A stretch of 64,000 nt of DNA from assembly GCA_951406725.2 (NCBI GenBank), contig OX597825.1, positions 58,094,001 through 58,158,000 of the forward strand, written 5' to 3'. The position numbers and the translations under genes were made by a program. Origin of the DNA: Octopus vulgaris (Eukaryota). Under the pieces are notes generated by a model. The model did no database searches. It was not told where the DNA came from and worked only from the letters and a program-made list of their open reading frames with translations. Shown here one piece after another: positions 1 through 13,866 of this stretch (its first letter is position 1; every line of letters begins with the position of its first letter).

Positions 1-419
1 ACTTTTTTTTAAAAATTTATTTATTAGACATTCACTAGTACAACACCAAAAAAACCCCCCAAATATATGGCACACTAGGCATAACAACAACGTGAACTTC
101 CAACCTGTTGTCTCTTGAGGTCTCTGGGTGAGACTTGGAGCCAACTTGTACAAACATAAAGCAAAAGTCAAACATATTCAGGGACCTTTTGAGCAGGATG
201 GGTTACTTGGTATAAAAGATGGGGTACAGCAAATATTCTGCTCAATACCACAGATTTGCTTGTCAGTTGTTTAACCTTAACCAGTTGAGCATGTCTCTTA
301 GTGGCTGATGATATGTACATCTCTGATCACGAGCAGAAGTAGTGGGGAGCATCATAGCCATATGTTGAGAGGGATTCTTTGGAGTTTGAATAATTCACGT
401 CTTCATTTCGCAAAGACTT

Positions 420-1040
420 GCTCCACCTGCCGAGAATCGTGACACGCCGTCGAGGTAGGCACTAAAGCCTATCCTGCGTTCCGGATCGCCACCCCACACC
501 CCAAATAGTTGGATGAATTAACGCTGAAATGCCGCACACATTCGCCCACTTTAGTCCACCAAAGACCGATTTGTAGCTTTGTTGCCACGTTGAGGCCCTG
601 CCACTCGGGCTCATCAAACGGCTTTAGTTCCATCGTTTCTTAGAACACGTGCCTTGGCTCTGACAATGTATCCTTCGTGTATAGCGTTGAAGAATTGGTC
701 CAGGACCAAACTCACTGCCAGCACGTCGGTTATAATGCCTCTCCTAAGCTCCTCTTCTAAGTTCCTAACTAAGTTTCCCTCTATTCTATTTTTCTGTGAT
801 GCTTTGTTAAACATAAACGATTCTATTCTAATTGCCCTTTTCAGGGCGTACCACCATTTATTGTTAAGTATCCACCCTGTTAACACCCGCTTAACTAATT
901 TGCTAATCCGGTCTCTGTAAGCTTGGAACGCCAGAAGTGACGCGTTCATCCTCACTAAACGGGTTCCTGCTTACGTAGTCCCACTCATTAGGCACTCTAA
1001 CAATAGACTCCCTGTACTTGATACTGAACTTTGGATAGAG
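420..1040 (-). mobile_element. Decayed L1/Tx1-like LINE ORF2 fragment
   Basis: RMNASLL...YRDRI...WWYALKRAIR...EGYIVRAK resembles the post-endonuclease WKLNxSLL linker. Contains stops and frameshifts. Confidence 0.6.
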
Positions 1041-1074
1041 ACCGTGAACAGCAGAGTTCAGCTCTTCCACTCTT

Positions 1075-1900
1075 ATTACATGAAACCCATAGCTTCTAAA
1101 TATATTGCTCATAAGAATTCAGCTTTGTCACACAACATGAAAATCAACACACGGATAGCAGACTTAGTTTGGATAATGAATAACGAGTTTCCACTATGCG
1201 AGCCCGATGAAACAAAGAAACATGTACAGAATGCCATGCACCGCATGAAATGGATATGACCAGAAAGACAGGGTTCGGGTGTACAAGGAAGCGAGTAAGA
1301 AGTTAGCATTATATATAATGAAACCACTGATACCTGCCCTAAGTACAGAAGAAAAGACTAGAATAGGATACAGAGAGTTTGTGACAAAGAAAACAGGGTG
1401 AACACATGGTACATTCCCGAAAAATATCAAAGAGTGACGTTTGCAGAGGCCACAGCCCATGAAGAACTAGCCCGAAGATTTAGGAAAGCTCTGAAGGAGG
1501 CCAAACTCAACATTAAGATCGTTGAAAAACTAGGGAGCTCCATCAGATCACAATTATGTAGGATGTACCCTCTTGAGAATACCACATGCACCAATAAGAA
1601 CTACATGTTATGTAAGATTAATCCTGGCATTAACTGTAGAACTAGAAATGTAATCTACAGTATAAGGTGCATAGAGAGTGCTTGTAAAGACAAGAACATG
1701 ACATAGATTGGTGAGATATCTAGAAGCATTGCAGAGAGATTAAATGTACATTTGAGACAATATGACGATAAAAAGCAATCCTCCATACTCTACCAATATG
1801 TCAAAGACCAGCATTAGGTCGACTTAACATCCACGTTTTATCCAAGCATATGAAGGACCCAACACCCAGACAAATACAGGAGTACGTCCTCATCATAAAT
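1075..1900 (+). mobile_element. Decayed Penelope-like element (RT thumb + GIY-YIG endonuclease)
   Basis: YMKPIASKYIAHKNSALSHNMK...; CRTRNVIYSIRCIESACKDKNMT*IGEISRSIAERLNVH matches the PLE GIY-YIG motif. Confidence 0.85.
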
Positions 1901-2164
1901 GAAATATCTCCAGTACTCCATAGGAGATATACGTAGAAGGTAGGGACACCCCAATACCCACAGTTTATACATACACGGGTAGATTTGTTAATGGGCTGTT
2001 ATGTAGAGGCATATATATATATATATATAAATTATGTGAATAATTTTACCTATAAAGGTAATTTTAATGTACCGATCTACTTGGTAAAATTGTTAATTAA
2101 TTGATTGATTAATTAATTAATTAATTAATTTGCTTAATAAATTTTACCCTTCTGTTATTAATTT

Positions 2165-2185
2165 TAAATTATCTCTCTCTCTCTA

Positions 2186-2223
<38 letters not shown>

Positions 2224-2614
2224 CACAAATGGACATGTAAGTAAACAGAGAGATATGTAGATAAATAGGTGTATAGGTAATAAGGACAGACAAGCATGCA
2301 CACACACATACACACATACATACACAAAAGAAGACTGAGCATATACACACACGCGCACTTCACACACATGCACGCTTTACACATACACAAGGAGACAGAG
2401 GTACAGACACAAATACACTCACATACACACACACACACACACATACAAACTTGAACACAAACACATGAATATGCAGAATACATACATTCAAACGGACACA
2501 CACGCATACATACATACATTCATACATACATACATACATACATACAGACATACAGACATACATACATGCAAACATACATACATGCAAACATACATACATA
2601 CATACATACATACA

Positions 2615-2645
<31 letters not shown>

Positions 2646-2767
2646 GTGTATACACATGCACACCAACAAACAAACAAACTAAAAGAACGCAGTTCTGATA
2701 ACGGACAGAGTTAACGACGATTGAAAAGGTTGCAACATGCAACAAAAATTTTAAAAAAATAAATAAG

Positions 2768-2803
<36 letters not shown>

Positions 2804-2856
2804 GTATGTATGTATGTATGTATGTATGTATGTATGTATGTATGTATGTATGTATG
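2165..2856. repeat. Compound microsatellites (CT, TA, CA, CATA, TATG)
   Basis: Directly visible; source of many spurious ORFs. Confidence 0.9.
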
Positions 2857-3264
2857 TTTATCATTGTCATTATCATCATTATCCTCATGAAAATGTCAAA
2901 ATATACACTCCGTTTCAGGACAACAAACTGTTTCGACACAACAAACTGTTTCGGGGCAACAAACTGTTTCGGGGCAAGAAAGATGTGATTGGAGGCGAGG
3001 TGATTGTCTAAGAGACGAATCCTTAAGAAACAAAATGTGTGAAAGGAATTGTTCCAGAACACCCCGTAAGTGGAATGCCTTCTGTTTTTCTGTTTGTCTT
3101 TGTCTTATTTTTCTGTAATGCATCTCATAAATCTTCTTTAATCGTTTATTTGTTGTTTGCAAATTGAAATATATTTCTAATTTTGTCATGTAATTTAAAT
3201 ACTGCGTGTTTCACTATTCATCGATCACATATCTGCCATGTACTGCTTACTTTATCTCATTTCA

Positions 3265-3535
3265 ATTTTTTTTGTTTTTGTTTTTGCCCCCTTTTTTAAA
3301 GCCTAGCCAGGCACATGGGCCCGGTTTCCCGGTTTCACTGGTGTATGTGTTCCCCAACTGGACGGGACTCCAGTCCATCGCAGCGTTACTCATTTTTGCC
3401 AGCTGAGTGGACTGGAGCAACTTGAAATGAAGTGTTTTGCTCATGAACACAACGCGTCGCCCGGTCCAGGAATCGAAACCACAATCTTACGATCATAATG
3501 CTGACACCCTAACCACTAAGCCTCGCGCCTCCACC
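3265..3535 (-). mobile_element. tRNA-derived SINE, same family as 15040-15300
   Basis: Reverse complement starts gtggaggcgcgaggcttagtggttagggtgtcagc...gtttcgattcctggaccgggcgacgcg. Confidence 0.85.
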
Positions 3536-4446
3536 ACATTTCAGTTTACCGCTGCTTAACTACGCAACATAAATTAATGTTATTCATTATATGAAAATAT
3601 ACATGTATGTACATGAATACAAGCATATTATCTTTAAATCCAAAGTCGCACCCTAATCCTGACTCATAAACTTAAACCACTACATGACGTTTTACAAACG
3701 TTAACAAAATCCCCCTCACTCTTGTACTATGACCTATTTCTTATGTGACTCAGGTATACTCCATAACTTTAGGTCTTCTGAATGATTCACTTCCTACCAA
3801 GCTGTTCATATTTCAAATACGTTTCAGCGACAAACTTCTTTTTCTATTCTACCAGTTTTCAATTTCCTCTAATCTAACTCTGTAGCATAGACAACTATAA
3901 AATCGCTAAACGTTTTTAAAATAACTTCCCCTAATCTATGGCAACTACTCCAGCATGGTACCCTATATTTTGTACCCTTCATCAGAATCCTACTCAATCT
4001 TCAATTTAAATAGCTAAATTCCCTGTATTAATAAGCCCAATTTCGTTATAACAGAATTCAAGCATATCGCTATCACTCGTTATTGAAATCTTCCTAGGTT
4101 AACGTCCGACAAAAGTTTACTATAGTTAAATAATATATCACCTATGTTCCCACAAAGCTTAGATATTGGTGTCTGGTTTTGGAGAAGGCCTGAGGCATAT
4201 ATACATACATAGGCCAGGCATCTGCGTATATATCTTTGTCATGTTTCCCATTTTTCCTCACTTCTTCTGGGATTCTGTCTGCTCCTGGCGCCTTTCGATC
4301 CGAGAGCGATCTAGTTTGACCAAAGCCCACCACCAAATTTAGGTCCCAAAACATTAAATATTGAAATTAATACCCAATTTGTTCTTCGAATGATGGGTAA
4401 TGCAAGATAAATCACAATTTTTCACATTTGTTTCTTTAATTTTCAG

Positions 4447-4596
4447 CTGGATGTTTATTTAGAGTTGACAGATTTGGTATTGGCCTGAAGTATCAATGTC
4501 ATTGCTTCGATATCGCTGACTGTGACTTCGATAACGATGGGCATTGCAAGGGGGCTAGATGTATTTTTGGTTACTCTGGACCTACATGCCAAAGAC
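4447..4596 (+). CDS. Adhesion GPCR exon: EGF-like (MEGF/laminin-type) repeat 1
   Basis: tttcag|CT...AGAC|gtaagt, 150 nt, phase 1-1. Reads GCLFRVDRFGIGLKYQCHCFDIADCDFDNDGHCKGARCIFGYSGPTCQR. Confidence 0.9.
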
Positions 4597-5647
4597 GTAA
4601 GTATTTCGTCGATTTTCTCAATACACACACCCACACACACACACACACACACACACGTATTCAAATAGGAATTAGAAATAGCTCCAGGGACATAAACATT
4701 ATAGAACTTACACATACACAAAGTGTGGCGTCCTGGGCAGGTGTCTTCTACTATAGCCTCGAGCCGAGTGGATTTGGTACACGGAAATTAAAAGAAACCC
4801 GTTGTACATGTATGCACGAGTGTGTTAATTTGTGTGTATGCGTTTGTGTGCGTGTGAATGTAGAAGCAATTATGCGGAGAAACAAATTAGACACATCAAA
4901 TATATTAAACATATTAAACGTATTTACTTGAAATATGCAGATATGAACATATGCAAAACGAGAGGAAACAAAAAGGTGGAGGCTTTCAGATGATGAATTT
5001 TTAAGTATAAATATATAGATATTTTTATTAATAGGTCCAACTTACATAGAGTAGAAACGCCAGAGAAAATTAAAAGAGTGAAAGAAAGGTGTTATAAGCC
5101 CAACAGCTGTTCATGGGAGCTTCGGCACCCATGATAATTTTGGTATATTTATTTCGTCACAATATGCGGTCGTATGGATGCAATTAATTTTGGAACTGGT
5201 CCCAAATATATACTCTACGTGCAAAACGCTCCCCGTCCAATGGACGGTGCTGAGTTGTCAAACATTTAAAGCAAATCGCATTCTTACCTGGAATCGATTT
5301 TTGTAATTTTTTCAAGACTTATACACGCCCTGATACCGTCGATAACTACATATCAAATTTGAGCGCAATCGGATGGAGGATGCCCGAGATCCTAGAAGAC
5401 ACACGCACACAGACAGCCAGAACGGATTTTATATAACAGTTTTACCAAGGAACACTAAAATATATAATAAGACCTTGCATTGCTTTACATAAGTAAAACA
5501 AATCAACAACGAACAGAAACATTAATGAGAGAAGGGAAAACATATTCAGTATAACCAGAGAAAATTCCTCGTCAGCTGCCAATTGGACGTCAACGTGGTG
5601 ACAAACATGCGCGCGCACATGCACATATATGCGCGTACATGTACACA

Positions 5648-6032
5648 CGCAGGAGTGGCTGTGTGGTACATGGTTCCGGGTTCAGTCCCACTGCGTGGCA
5701 TCTTGGCAAGTGTCTTCTGCTATAGCCCCGGGCCGACCAATGCCTTGTGAGTGGATTTGGTAGACGGAAACTGAAAGAAGCCTGTCGTATATATGTATAT
5801 ATATGTATGTGTGTGTATATGTTTGTGTGTCTGTGTTTGTCCCCCTAGCATTGCATGACAACCGATGCTGGTGTGTTTATGTCCCCGTCACTTAGCGGTT
5901 CGGCAAAAGAGACCGATAGAATAAGTACTGGGCTTACAAAGAATAAGTCCCGGAGTCGATTTGCTCGACTAAAGGCGGTGCTCCAGCATGGCCGCAGTCA
6001 AATGACTGAAACAAGTAAAAGAGTAAAAGAGT
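5648..6032 (+). mobile_element. tRNA-related SINE with internal microsatellite; related copies at ~6228-6745, ~11285-11630 (-) and in every array unit
   Basis: gcaggagtggctgtgtggta...ggttcagtcccactgcgtggca...gagtggatttggtagacggaaactgaaagaagcc...atgactgaaacaagtaaaaga recurs many times in the window. Confidence 0.8.
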
Positions 6033-6388
6033 ATACCCGATATACCCGTATGTTTCAACTGCCTTTCACACATGTCCAACAGTTGTTTGATTATCTGTGG
6101 AAACAGTTCACCCCCACCAACTACGTGGAACTTCTACTCTTCCCACCCGAAGGGTAAGCGACGATCAAAGGCAGTGTGATTTAATTCCTATTAAACTGTA
6201 TTGAAAATTTACTAATGAATATTAAACAGGCAGTTATGGCTGTGCGGTAAAGAAAAATGCTTGCCAACCATATGGTCTTGAGTTCGATCCCAATGGGCAG
6301 CATCTTGGGTCAATGTCACAGTTATAGCCTCGGTCCGACCAAAGCGTTATGAGTGGATTTCGTAGCCGGAAACTGAACGAAACATTCC

Positions 6389-6467
<79 letters not shown>

Positions 6468-6537
6468 CGTGCGTGTGTGTGTGTGTGTGCGCGCGTGGTG
6501 TGTATGTGTGTGCGTGTCTGTGTGTGTGTCTGTGTGT

Positions 6538-6578
<41 letters not shown>

Positions 6579-6954
6579 TGTGTGTGTGTGTTTGTGTGAG
6601 TGTGTTTGCGTTTCACCACTGCTTCACAACAGTGTCGGTTTGTTTTCGTCTCTGCAACATTAGCGGTTCAGCAACAGAATAAGTACCAGGCTGAAACCTT
6701 TAGGGTGGTGCCCCAGCATGACCGCAGTGAAACAAATAAAAGTTAAAAAACGCATTACTAAACAACATAAAAATATATTGTTCGCTGCTCAACTGATTCT
6801 TCTAATCCGCTGCACTTAGTAATTATAATATGGCGGCGATGAGTCAAAAACATTGGTTGCCTTTGAATTCTTTCAATACTTCTCTGTTTCCACGTCTTTT
6901 TATACTTTGTGATGTAAGAAAGTAAATGCTTCACATCTCTCTCTTTCTTTCTTT

Positions 6955-6988
<34 letters not shown>

Positions 6989-7093
6989 CTCCTTCTCTTC
7001 TTTCCTTTCCATCCCTCTCGCTTTCTCACTATCTGTTTCTCTTGCACTCCTCTCTCAAATCAGAGATGAAGAAATTCTTTCTTCTCAATACAG

Positions 7094-7246
7094 GTTTATT
7101 TTACGTGTCCTTTGCGACTGCTGTCAGAACTTACATGGATATGAATTTGCGGCACCGAAGAGCTACGTGCCTGCCACTCCCTCAAAAGATACACTTTCTA
7201 CATGTATTCAGAATCAACTGGGTCAAATTTAATATTTCTCCAGCAG
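7094..7246 (+). CDS. Adhesion GPCR exon: first half of a divergent lectin-like domain
   Basis: aatacag|GT...GCAG|gtcggt, 153 nt, phase 1-1, open frame LFYVSFATAVRTYMDMNLRHRRATCLPLPQKIHFLHVFRINWVKFNISPA. Donor is weak. Confidence 0.65.
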
Positions 7247-7289
7247 GTCGGTAGATACTTTATTGTTGTTCTTGTTAATGATGTTGTTA

Positions 7290-7321
<32 letters not shown>

Positions 7322-8059
7322 ATGATGATGGTGATGATGATATTGACGATGACAACGACGCTAATGACAACAATGACGACGAGAATGATGATAATGTTTG
7401 GCCCCAGATCGGTCTCAAAAGGCAATCAAGACGTGACCATCTCGTATTGTTTAGTTTTATAAAGTCCGGTGTATACTTTCGATATCAAATAAAACTGGAT
7501 GTGATTTGAAAACAATTCAGATATTGTTTCTAGCAAATCTAGTAACCACGAAGAGTTTCTCTGATGAACGTCTATTGCAAACAATTTTCATGAAATATAT
7601 CAATCGAGGTAGCTGACACCTCTCACTTGCAACTATAATTTCTACTCTAGCAAAATCTTTGCAATTAAAGAATCTCCACCCATTCACAAAAAAAGTGTGA
7701 TTGCTATAATAAATCGAATTAATATGTCAATATCAATAATCGAATAGCGAATCCTATCGAATGGCGAATTGAGGTAACTTACTGATGTGTTGAATAGTCT
7801 GCAACTTTTGGTTTCGATTCATGATTAAAACTGTTTCATTTTGTTATTAATTTTGAGGGTAACAATAACGTCTCATCTTTACATTTCACTCTTACTGTGG
7901 AGAACACAGAATCAAGTATTTGTTCTAGCTAAGACAAGACGACAAACAAGTATATTAGTCTGAAAGCTGTTCAATGAGCTTACGACATTATTTGTTGTAA
8001 TGCAATAATTACCGTTCTCAGAGAGAGGACATTTTAAAAATGATTTTGAAAAAAATCAT

Positions 8060-9125
8060 CATGGCTGGAGGCGCAGTTTATTTCCTAGGATCTACCAGCC
8101 ATAAATAAGAACTTCCGATTCATTGAGTCTACTGCACCATTTAAACGATTATGTCATTCGTTGATTTCTTCAAGAGATAAGGACTGGAAGAAAGCGGATT
8201 GTTTCTGAGGCAAAGACGTTTGTGGCGTCCTGCACTATGGAGATATAGCGGGTCACACACAGAGCGCAATAAGAAAGGCCTTGGAAACAAGGAATTTAAT
8301 CCATATCAGGCCATGAACGAGTAGGAGAGCATTGCAGTAGCCAAATAGGTCAGTAAAATAAGAGGTGGTGCAAAGTCGCTATATGATGCTGATACAATGT
8401 AGCCAAGAAGACAGTGTACTGTTTGGGAGAGATTTGTGGTTAGACGAAAGGTAGAGTGGGAAACACTTTAGTCATAGGAACCACCAGAATCAGTTTTCTG
8501 GTTCGCTCCGTCTATGATATGCTTCTTAGTTCTGTAAACCAAAGGTACTAGAAAAGAGAAGCGAATAATCTGTGAAAATATGCCGAAATTGGAAAGATGA
8601 TGCATATTTATTTGTAATTGTCTACTAGGTGTGGAGCACAGATACACGTGGTGGCATAACCAAGTTCTTAGAGTAATGGTTGATGCAATGGTAGAGAGGT
8701 TAAAACGAATTTAAAATGGCGAAAGATCACAAGTAGTGGAACTTAGGAACATTAAGTTTTGTAGGGAAGGTGAACGCTTCAAGACATGCACTGTAAGAAA
8801 GACGAATGACCCGAAATAGGAGGGGACTTACAAGGTTTTTGTTGACTCTGGTGATAAATATCACTTGTCACATTTTACTCTCAATAGAATCAATCTTGTC
8901 ATGTGAGAAAGAAAGCCAATATATCTGGCTCAAGAGAAAGGATAACTGATGCAGCAAGAACGATTATCGAGAATAAGAGAAATATCTTGTCTAGAGTCAC
9001 AACGTATGATTCGACAAAGGTCATGGATGTTATGTGGGTGGCCCTGGTAGCTCTGATTTCGCAACTGAAGGGGCTGAAACACCTAAAGAGCTACTTTCCA
9101 GCCTAATGAGACATCGGTTCCTGCA
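8060..9125 (+). mobile_element. Decayed Hero/RLE-type non-LTR retrotransposon, 3' part
   Basis: Remnants ISFLVRSVYDML and RYTWWHNQVLRVM; similar to the minus-strand copies at 59-62 kb. Confidence 0.65.
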
Positions 9126-10143
9126 TTTAGAAATGGAGTAGAGCAACACTCTCAGTGCACGGTTGTTTAGCTTAAAATATAGTTGTTAATTAAAGACAAT
9201 GACCAAACTAAAATTTGATTGAGTTTTCAAATATTGTAATTTGCATCTTGCATACTTACCAATAAGCATCCAGTAAAGTAATGGAACGACATTCAGCGAA
9301 TATAATAATTGCGAAACTTTTGTTGCTGGATAACATTACGAAAGTAGTGCAAGGTATTTAAATCACTGCATATAATTAATGTGCATTACTCAACACTACA
9401 AGTTAAGATGGGGCCCTTGGTTGAGTACGATGTATGTTATAAATGGAAAGTGAAAGAGGGAGAGAGAGAGAGAGAGAGAGCAACTTGCTGAAGCAGGGAC
9501 ATGAATCTCCACCCACCTAAATTGCTTAGTGACTCACTAGCTCGTTAAGTTAAACAAGGTAAATAAGTAGGAGTGGCGAAAGATTATCATACGGGGGAAT
9601 AGCAGCACGACTGGCACAAACCTGGAATAGGTCTGCTTAAATTTGGATTCGCTCACCATTTTGTTACTGTCCGCCCGAGAGTTCTACAATATTCGGCCGA
9701 ACTGTTTGGCAAGAGAACGCGCTCAATTCCTTTGAAGATTGCCTCCTCAGCCAAATGTTAGCCAGTGCTGATTGATCGATTAATATTCACACAAGCGTTA
9801 GTATCTTTTATGGACACATTTCCTTTTATGGGGATACATTAGGTCCTGGTTCTGTATAAGAAAGAAACCTGAAATCTATGGTTCAAAACCCAGCAGAGGT
9901 TTCATTACGCAACAAAAATTCCTAAAAACTGAAAAATTTTTTTTTTCTTTCTACCTTTTTTTTCTTTTTAATTTTTTTCATTCCTTATATATAAGAGGTA
10001 TTACATAATTTTTCTCTATTGAGGTTTATCAGCTTTATACAAACGTTTAAATTGATTAACTAAATAATTAATAACACTCTCTAACTCTTCTAGTATTTTC
10101 AGTATGCGGTCTGCTATCATATTTCACATACTATTAATTTCAG

Positions 10144-10326
10144 TTAAAAAAACAGTTTATATCACTTCGATGGGAAATCAACCTCTCAATTGCACATTCA
10201 ACCGTAATTCACCAAACTGTTCCGACGTCAGTTCTCATACGACCGTTTCATGCACGGGCGATATCAGTACTGACAGGTTGCACATAAATGGAAGCAACGC
10301 CTGTATCGAGAACTTACAAATGTCTG
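10144..10326 (+). CDS. Adhesion GPCR exon: second half of the divergent lectin-like domain
   Basis: tttcag|TT...TCTG|gtaagt, 183 nt, phase 1-1. Reads KKTVYITSMGNQPLNCTFNRNSPNCSDVSSHTTVSCTGDISTDRLHINGSNACIENLQMS. Confidence 0.8.
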
Positions 10327-10425
10327 GTAAGTATTATATTGTCACACATACAGTAATTAAAAATCGGTGTATTTTGAGAAATGTTGTTGATGTTGTTGTG
10401 GCTGTTACTGGTGGTGGTCCTTTAG

Positions 10426-10832
10426 AGGAGGGGAATAGTCGATTACATCAACCCTAGTACATGACTGGTACTTAACTTATCGATCCCGAGAGATAAAAGG
10501 CAAAGTCGACCTCAGCGGAATTTGAACTTAGAAATGTAGCGACGGGAGAAATACCGCTAAGCATTTCGTCCAGCGTGCTAACGACTCTGCCAGTTCACTA
10601 CCTTAATAATAATAAGAAGAAGAATCCTTTCTACTATAGGTACAAGGCCTGGATTTTTGTGGGGAGGAGGACACTCGACCACAGTATTTGACTGATACTT
10701 AATTTATCGACCCCTGAAAGGATAAAAGGCAAAAATCGATGTCTGCGGAATTTGATCTCAGGCGTAGCGGCAGATGAAATATTGATAGGCATTTCATCTG
10801 GCATGCTAATGATTCTGCCAGTTCACCGCCTT
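10426..10832 (-). mobile_element. Tandem SINEs with a MetaSINE-like core; related copies at ~39530-39750, ~46337-46560, ~49300-49510, ~51864-52075 and ~60630-61165
   Basis: Shared core gtcgactttgcctttcatcctttcggggtcgataaattaagtaccag behind a tRNA-like head (gagttcaaattcc). Confidence 0.7.
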
Positions 10833-10966
10833 AATGGTTATAATAATAATATGCTCATTAATTTATTAATAAAAAATATTCTCAAATTACAAATTATAAC
10901 ACACTAAAATAATATTTTAAGATAACTAAAATGTTTTTATTTATTTTTCAAATTAAAATTCTTCAG

Positions 10967-11110
10967 GATGTCCACAAGAATTATTCGGTCTTGATTGTAC
11001 ACATAAATGTCGGTGTAAGAACGGAACAACATGTCACCAAATAACGGGCCATTGTAAAGAAGGTTGTGAACCCGGAAGAACAGGATCTTCGTGTCAATAT
11101 CAAACTTACG
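10967..11110 (+). CDS. Adhesion GPCR exon: EGF-like repeat 2
   Basis: cttcag|GA...TACG|gtaaaa, 144 nt, phase 1-1. Reads GCPQELFGLDCTHKCRCKNGTTCHQITGHCKEGCEPGRTGSSCQYQTY. Confidence 0.92.
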
Positions 11111-13813
11111 GTAAAAAGAAAGATGATACTTCGCCAAATTCTTTGCTTTTATAACTTAAGATTATTTGTTTAGTTCTTTAATGTGCATGCTTTAAAGTTG
11201 GAAGGTTATGGTAGAGTAATGATAAATGCATAGCGACCAGTGCACATGCGCAGTAAACTTGCTAAAAATGTGAAGGTATACTCTCTTTTATTCTCTTTTA
11301 CTTGTTTCAGTCACTTGACTGTGGCCATGCTGGAGCACCGCCTTTAGTCGAGCAAATCGACCCCAGGACTTATTCTTTGTAAGCGTAGTACTTATTCTGT
11401 CGGTCTCTTTTGCCGAGCCGCTAAGTTACGGGGACATAAACACACCAGCATCGGTTGTCATGCAATGCTAGGGGGACAAACACAGACACACAAACATATA
11501 CACACACATGCATACATATATACATATACATATATACGACGGGCTTCTCTCAGTTTCCGTCTACCAAATCCACTCACAGAGCTTTGGTTGACCCGAGGCT
11601 ATAGTAGAAGACACTTGCCCAAGGTGCCACTTTTCTTGGATGACTGCACATCCTAAGGATCTTCGCCATTTACATGAATATTTGAACATTTCAGTATAAC
11701 TTCGAACGAGTGATGTTCTTTGCAAGCTACTTTTACTATAAACTGCTAGTCAGGGTGGAGACCCAATGTGATCTTTCGGCTAGTCAGAAATAATAGCCAA
11801 ATCTCCTTGAATCACTTACTCGTGGTAAAGAAAGGACACACTGGATATTTGGATAATCAAAAAAAAAAACATGGAAGACCCGAAGGTCAATATTCGAATA
11901 CTTTTGATTATCGATATGCTCAATCAAATGATGTGGAGGGATAGTTAAACATTATTGTCATCATCATAATCATCATCATCATTATCATCAGTTTGGGCAA
12001 CGTCAAAACATTGCTTTAATGCCTCACGTTTCAAAAACATTGGGCTAACTTTGCAGGAAGGGAAAATTACGCTCCACTGCAAATGCATGACCATATCGTT
12101 CGAGTGAATTTTATTTAAAAAATACATATTTCACTTCTCTAGCGGATGACAATTCGCATTCAATATAATCGTAAGGATAAAGTATCGTTAAAATTTTTTG
12201 ATATTGTGCTGCTGGTATAGTCGAGAATTTACAATAGGCGCAGGCGCCGCTGTGTGGTAAAAAACTCACTTTCCAGCCACATGGATCTGGGTTCAGTTCC
12301 AGTGCGTGGCACCTCGAGCAAGTGTTTTGTACTGTAGCCCCGCACTGACCAACGCCTTTTGAGTGGATTTGGTAGAAGGAAACTGAAAGAAACCCGTCGA
12401 ATATATATATATATATATATATATATCAGTGTGTCTGTGGGTTTGTCTCTGTGCTCCCTGTCACGGCAAAAAGGGACTGATAGAATTGGTACCAGGCTTT
12501 AAAAAAACATCTATTGGTTTCGATTCATGCGACTAAAAATTTATCAAGATAGTGCGCCTGCTTAGCAACAGTCTAATGACTGAAAGAAGTAAAAATATAT
12601 ATATAATCATATTAATATTAATTAAATTATTAGGCGGCGAGCTAGCACGCCGGGCGAAATGCTTAGCAATATTTCGTCTGTCTTTACGTTCTGAGTGCAA
12701 ATTCCGCCGAAGTTCAAATCCCTTTCGGGGTCGATTAAATAAGTACCAGTTACGCATTGGGGTCGATAGAATTGGTACCAGGCTTTAATCCATTTGTCTG
12801 TCCTTGTTTGTCCCCTCTGTGTGTAGCCCCTTGTGGGCTGTAAAGAAATAAGAAACCTTAGCACTCCAGGCAAAATGCTTATTGGTATTTCGCCTGTCTT
12901 TTTGTTCTGAATTCAAATTCCGTTCAGTTGCGTACAGAGGTCAATCTAATCGACTGGCCCCCTCTCCAAAAATTTCGGTCCTTGTTCCTAGAGTAGAAAA
13001 CAATATTAGATTATTTTGACATCAAATTTTTTTTTTATATTGTTTCATTTCCTAAGCAAGTCACAGAAATAGCTGCACACCAACCCAAAAAGAATTTTGC
13101 TGACCCACTTTTTCTTAAATTCTTTAGAATGATGAGGTTAATATTTAGATTGAATGTCTAGTCGGTGTCTGCAAGAAAAACATGAGTGGGATGAAGTTTT
13201 CACAAGATTCAAGAAGAAAGTGTACGTTTGTAAGCCAGCTATTGTATGTAGTGCGTTTGTGACTGATTGTCTGCCAGTCAAATGGGATGATGTAAAAAAA
13301 TACCGTCTTATTTAAGTGACCAAGTACACCAGTGTCGGTCTTAGGTAACTTTCATTGAGAGATTCAGCAACTGATAAAGTCGAAGACACGATAAAGATAA
13401 TGAGAGAGTGAAAAAGGACCCATAGAAGAACATATGGCCAGATAGCTTGTTAATTCATAGATGCTGTAAGCGTTTACAGGAGCAGAAAATATAACAAATA
13501 AGACAGTAATAGTTTAATTGTTGCTCCACATTGGTGTGGTGCACTGTGTTCGGTTATCTTTTGTCTTTTGTATTTTACTTGTTTCAATCATTAGACTGCG
13601 GCCATGCTGGTGCTCCGCCTTAAAGAATTTTGCTTTTCTTAGTCGAATGAATCGACCCAGTACTTATTTTATTTATTTATTTATTTATTTATTTTTTGTT
13701 AAGCCTGATTCTTATTTTATCGGGCTGTTTTACCGAACTGCTAAGTTGTGGAGACATAAACACATCGACACCGGTTGTTAAGCAGTGGTCGCGGACAAAC
13801 ACGAAGACACAAA

Positions 13814-13866
<53 letters not shown>

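Noticed and set aside
2920-2977. 3 x 18-bp repeat (acaaactgtttcggggca) as a CRISPR-like or coding repeat
   Set aside because: No spacers, eukaryotic context and no splice-compatible exon. It is an ordinary minisatellite.
10104-10143. MRSAIIFHILLISV as a signal peptide and gene start
   Set aside because: It overlaps the pyrimidine-rich acceptor region of exon 10144, and upstream phase-compatible exons exist. Not fully excluded without cDNA.
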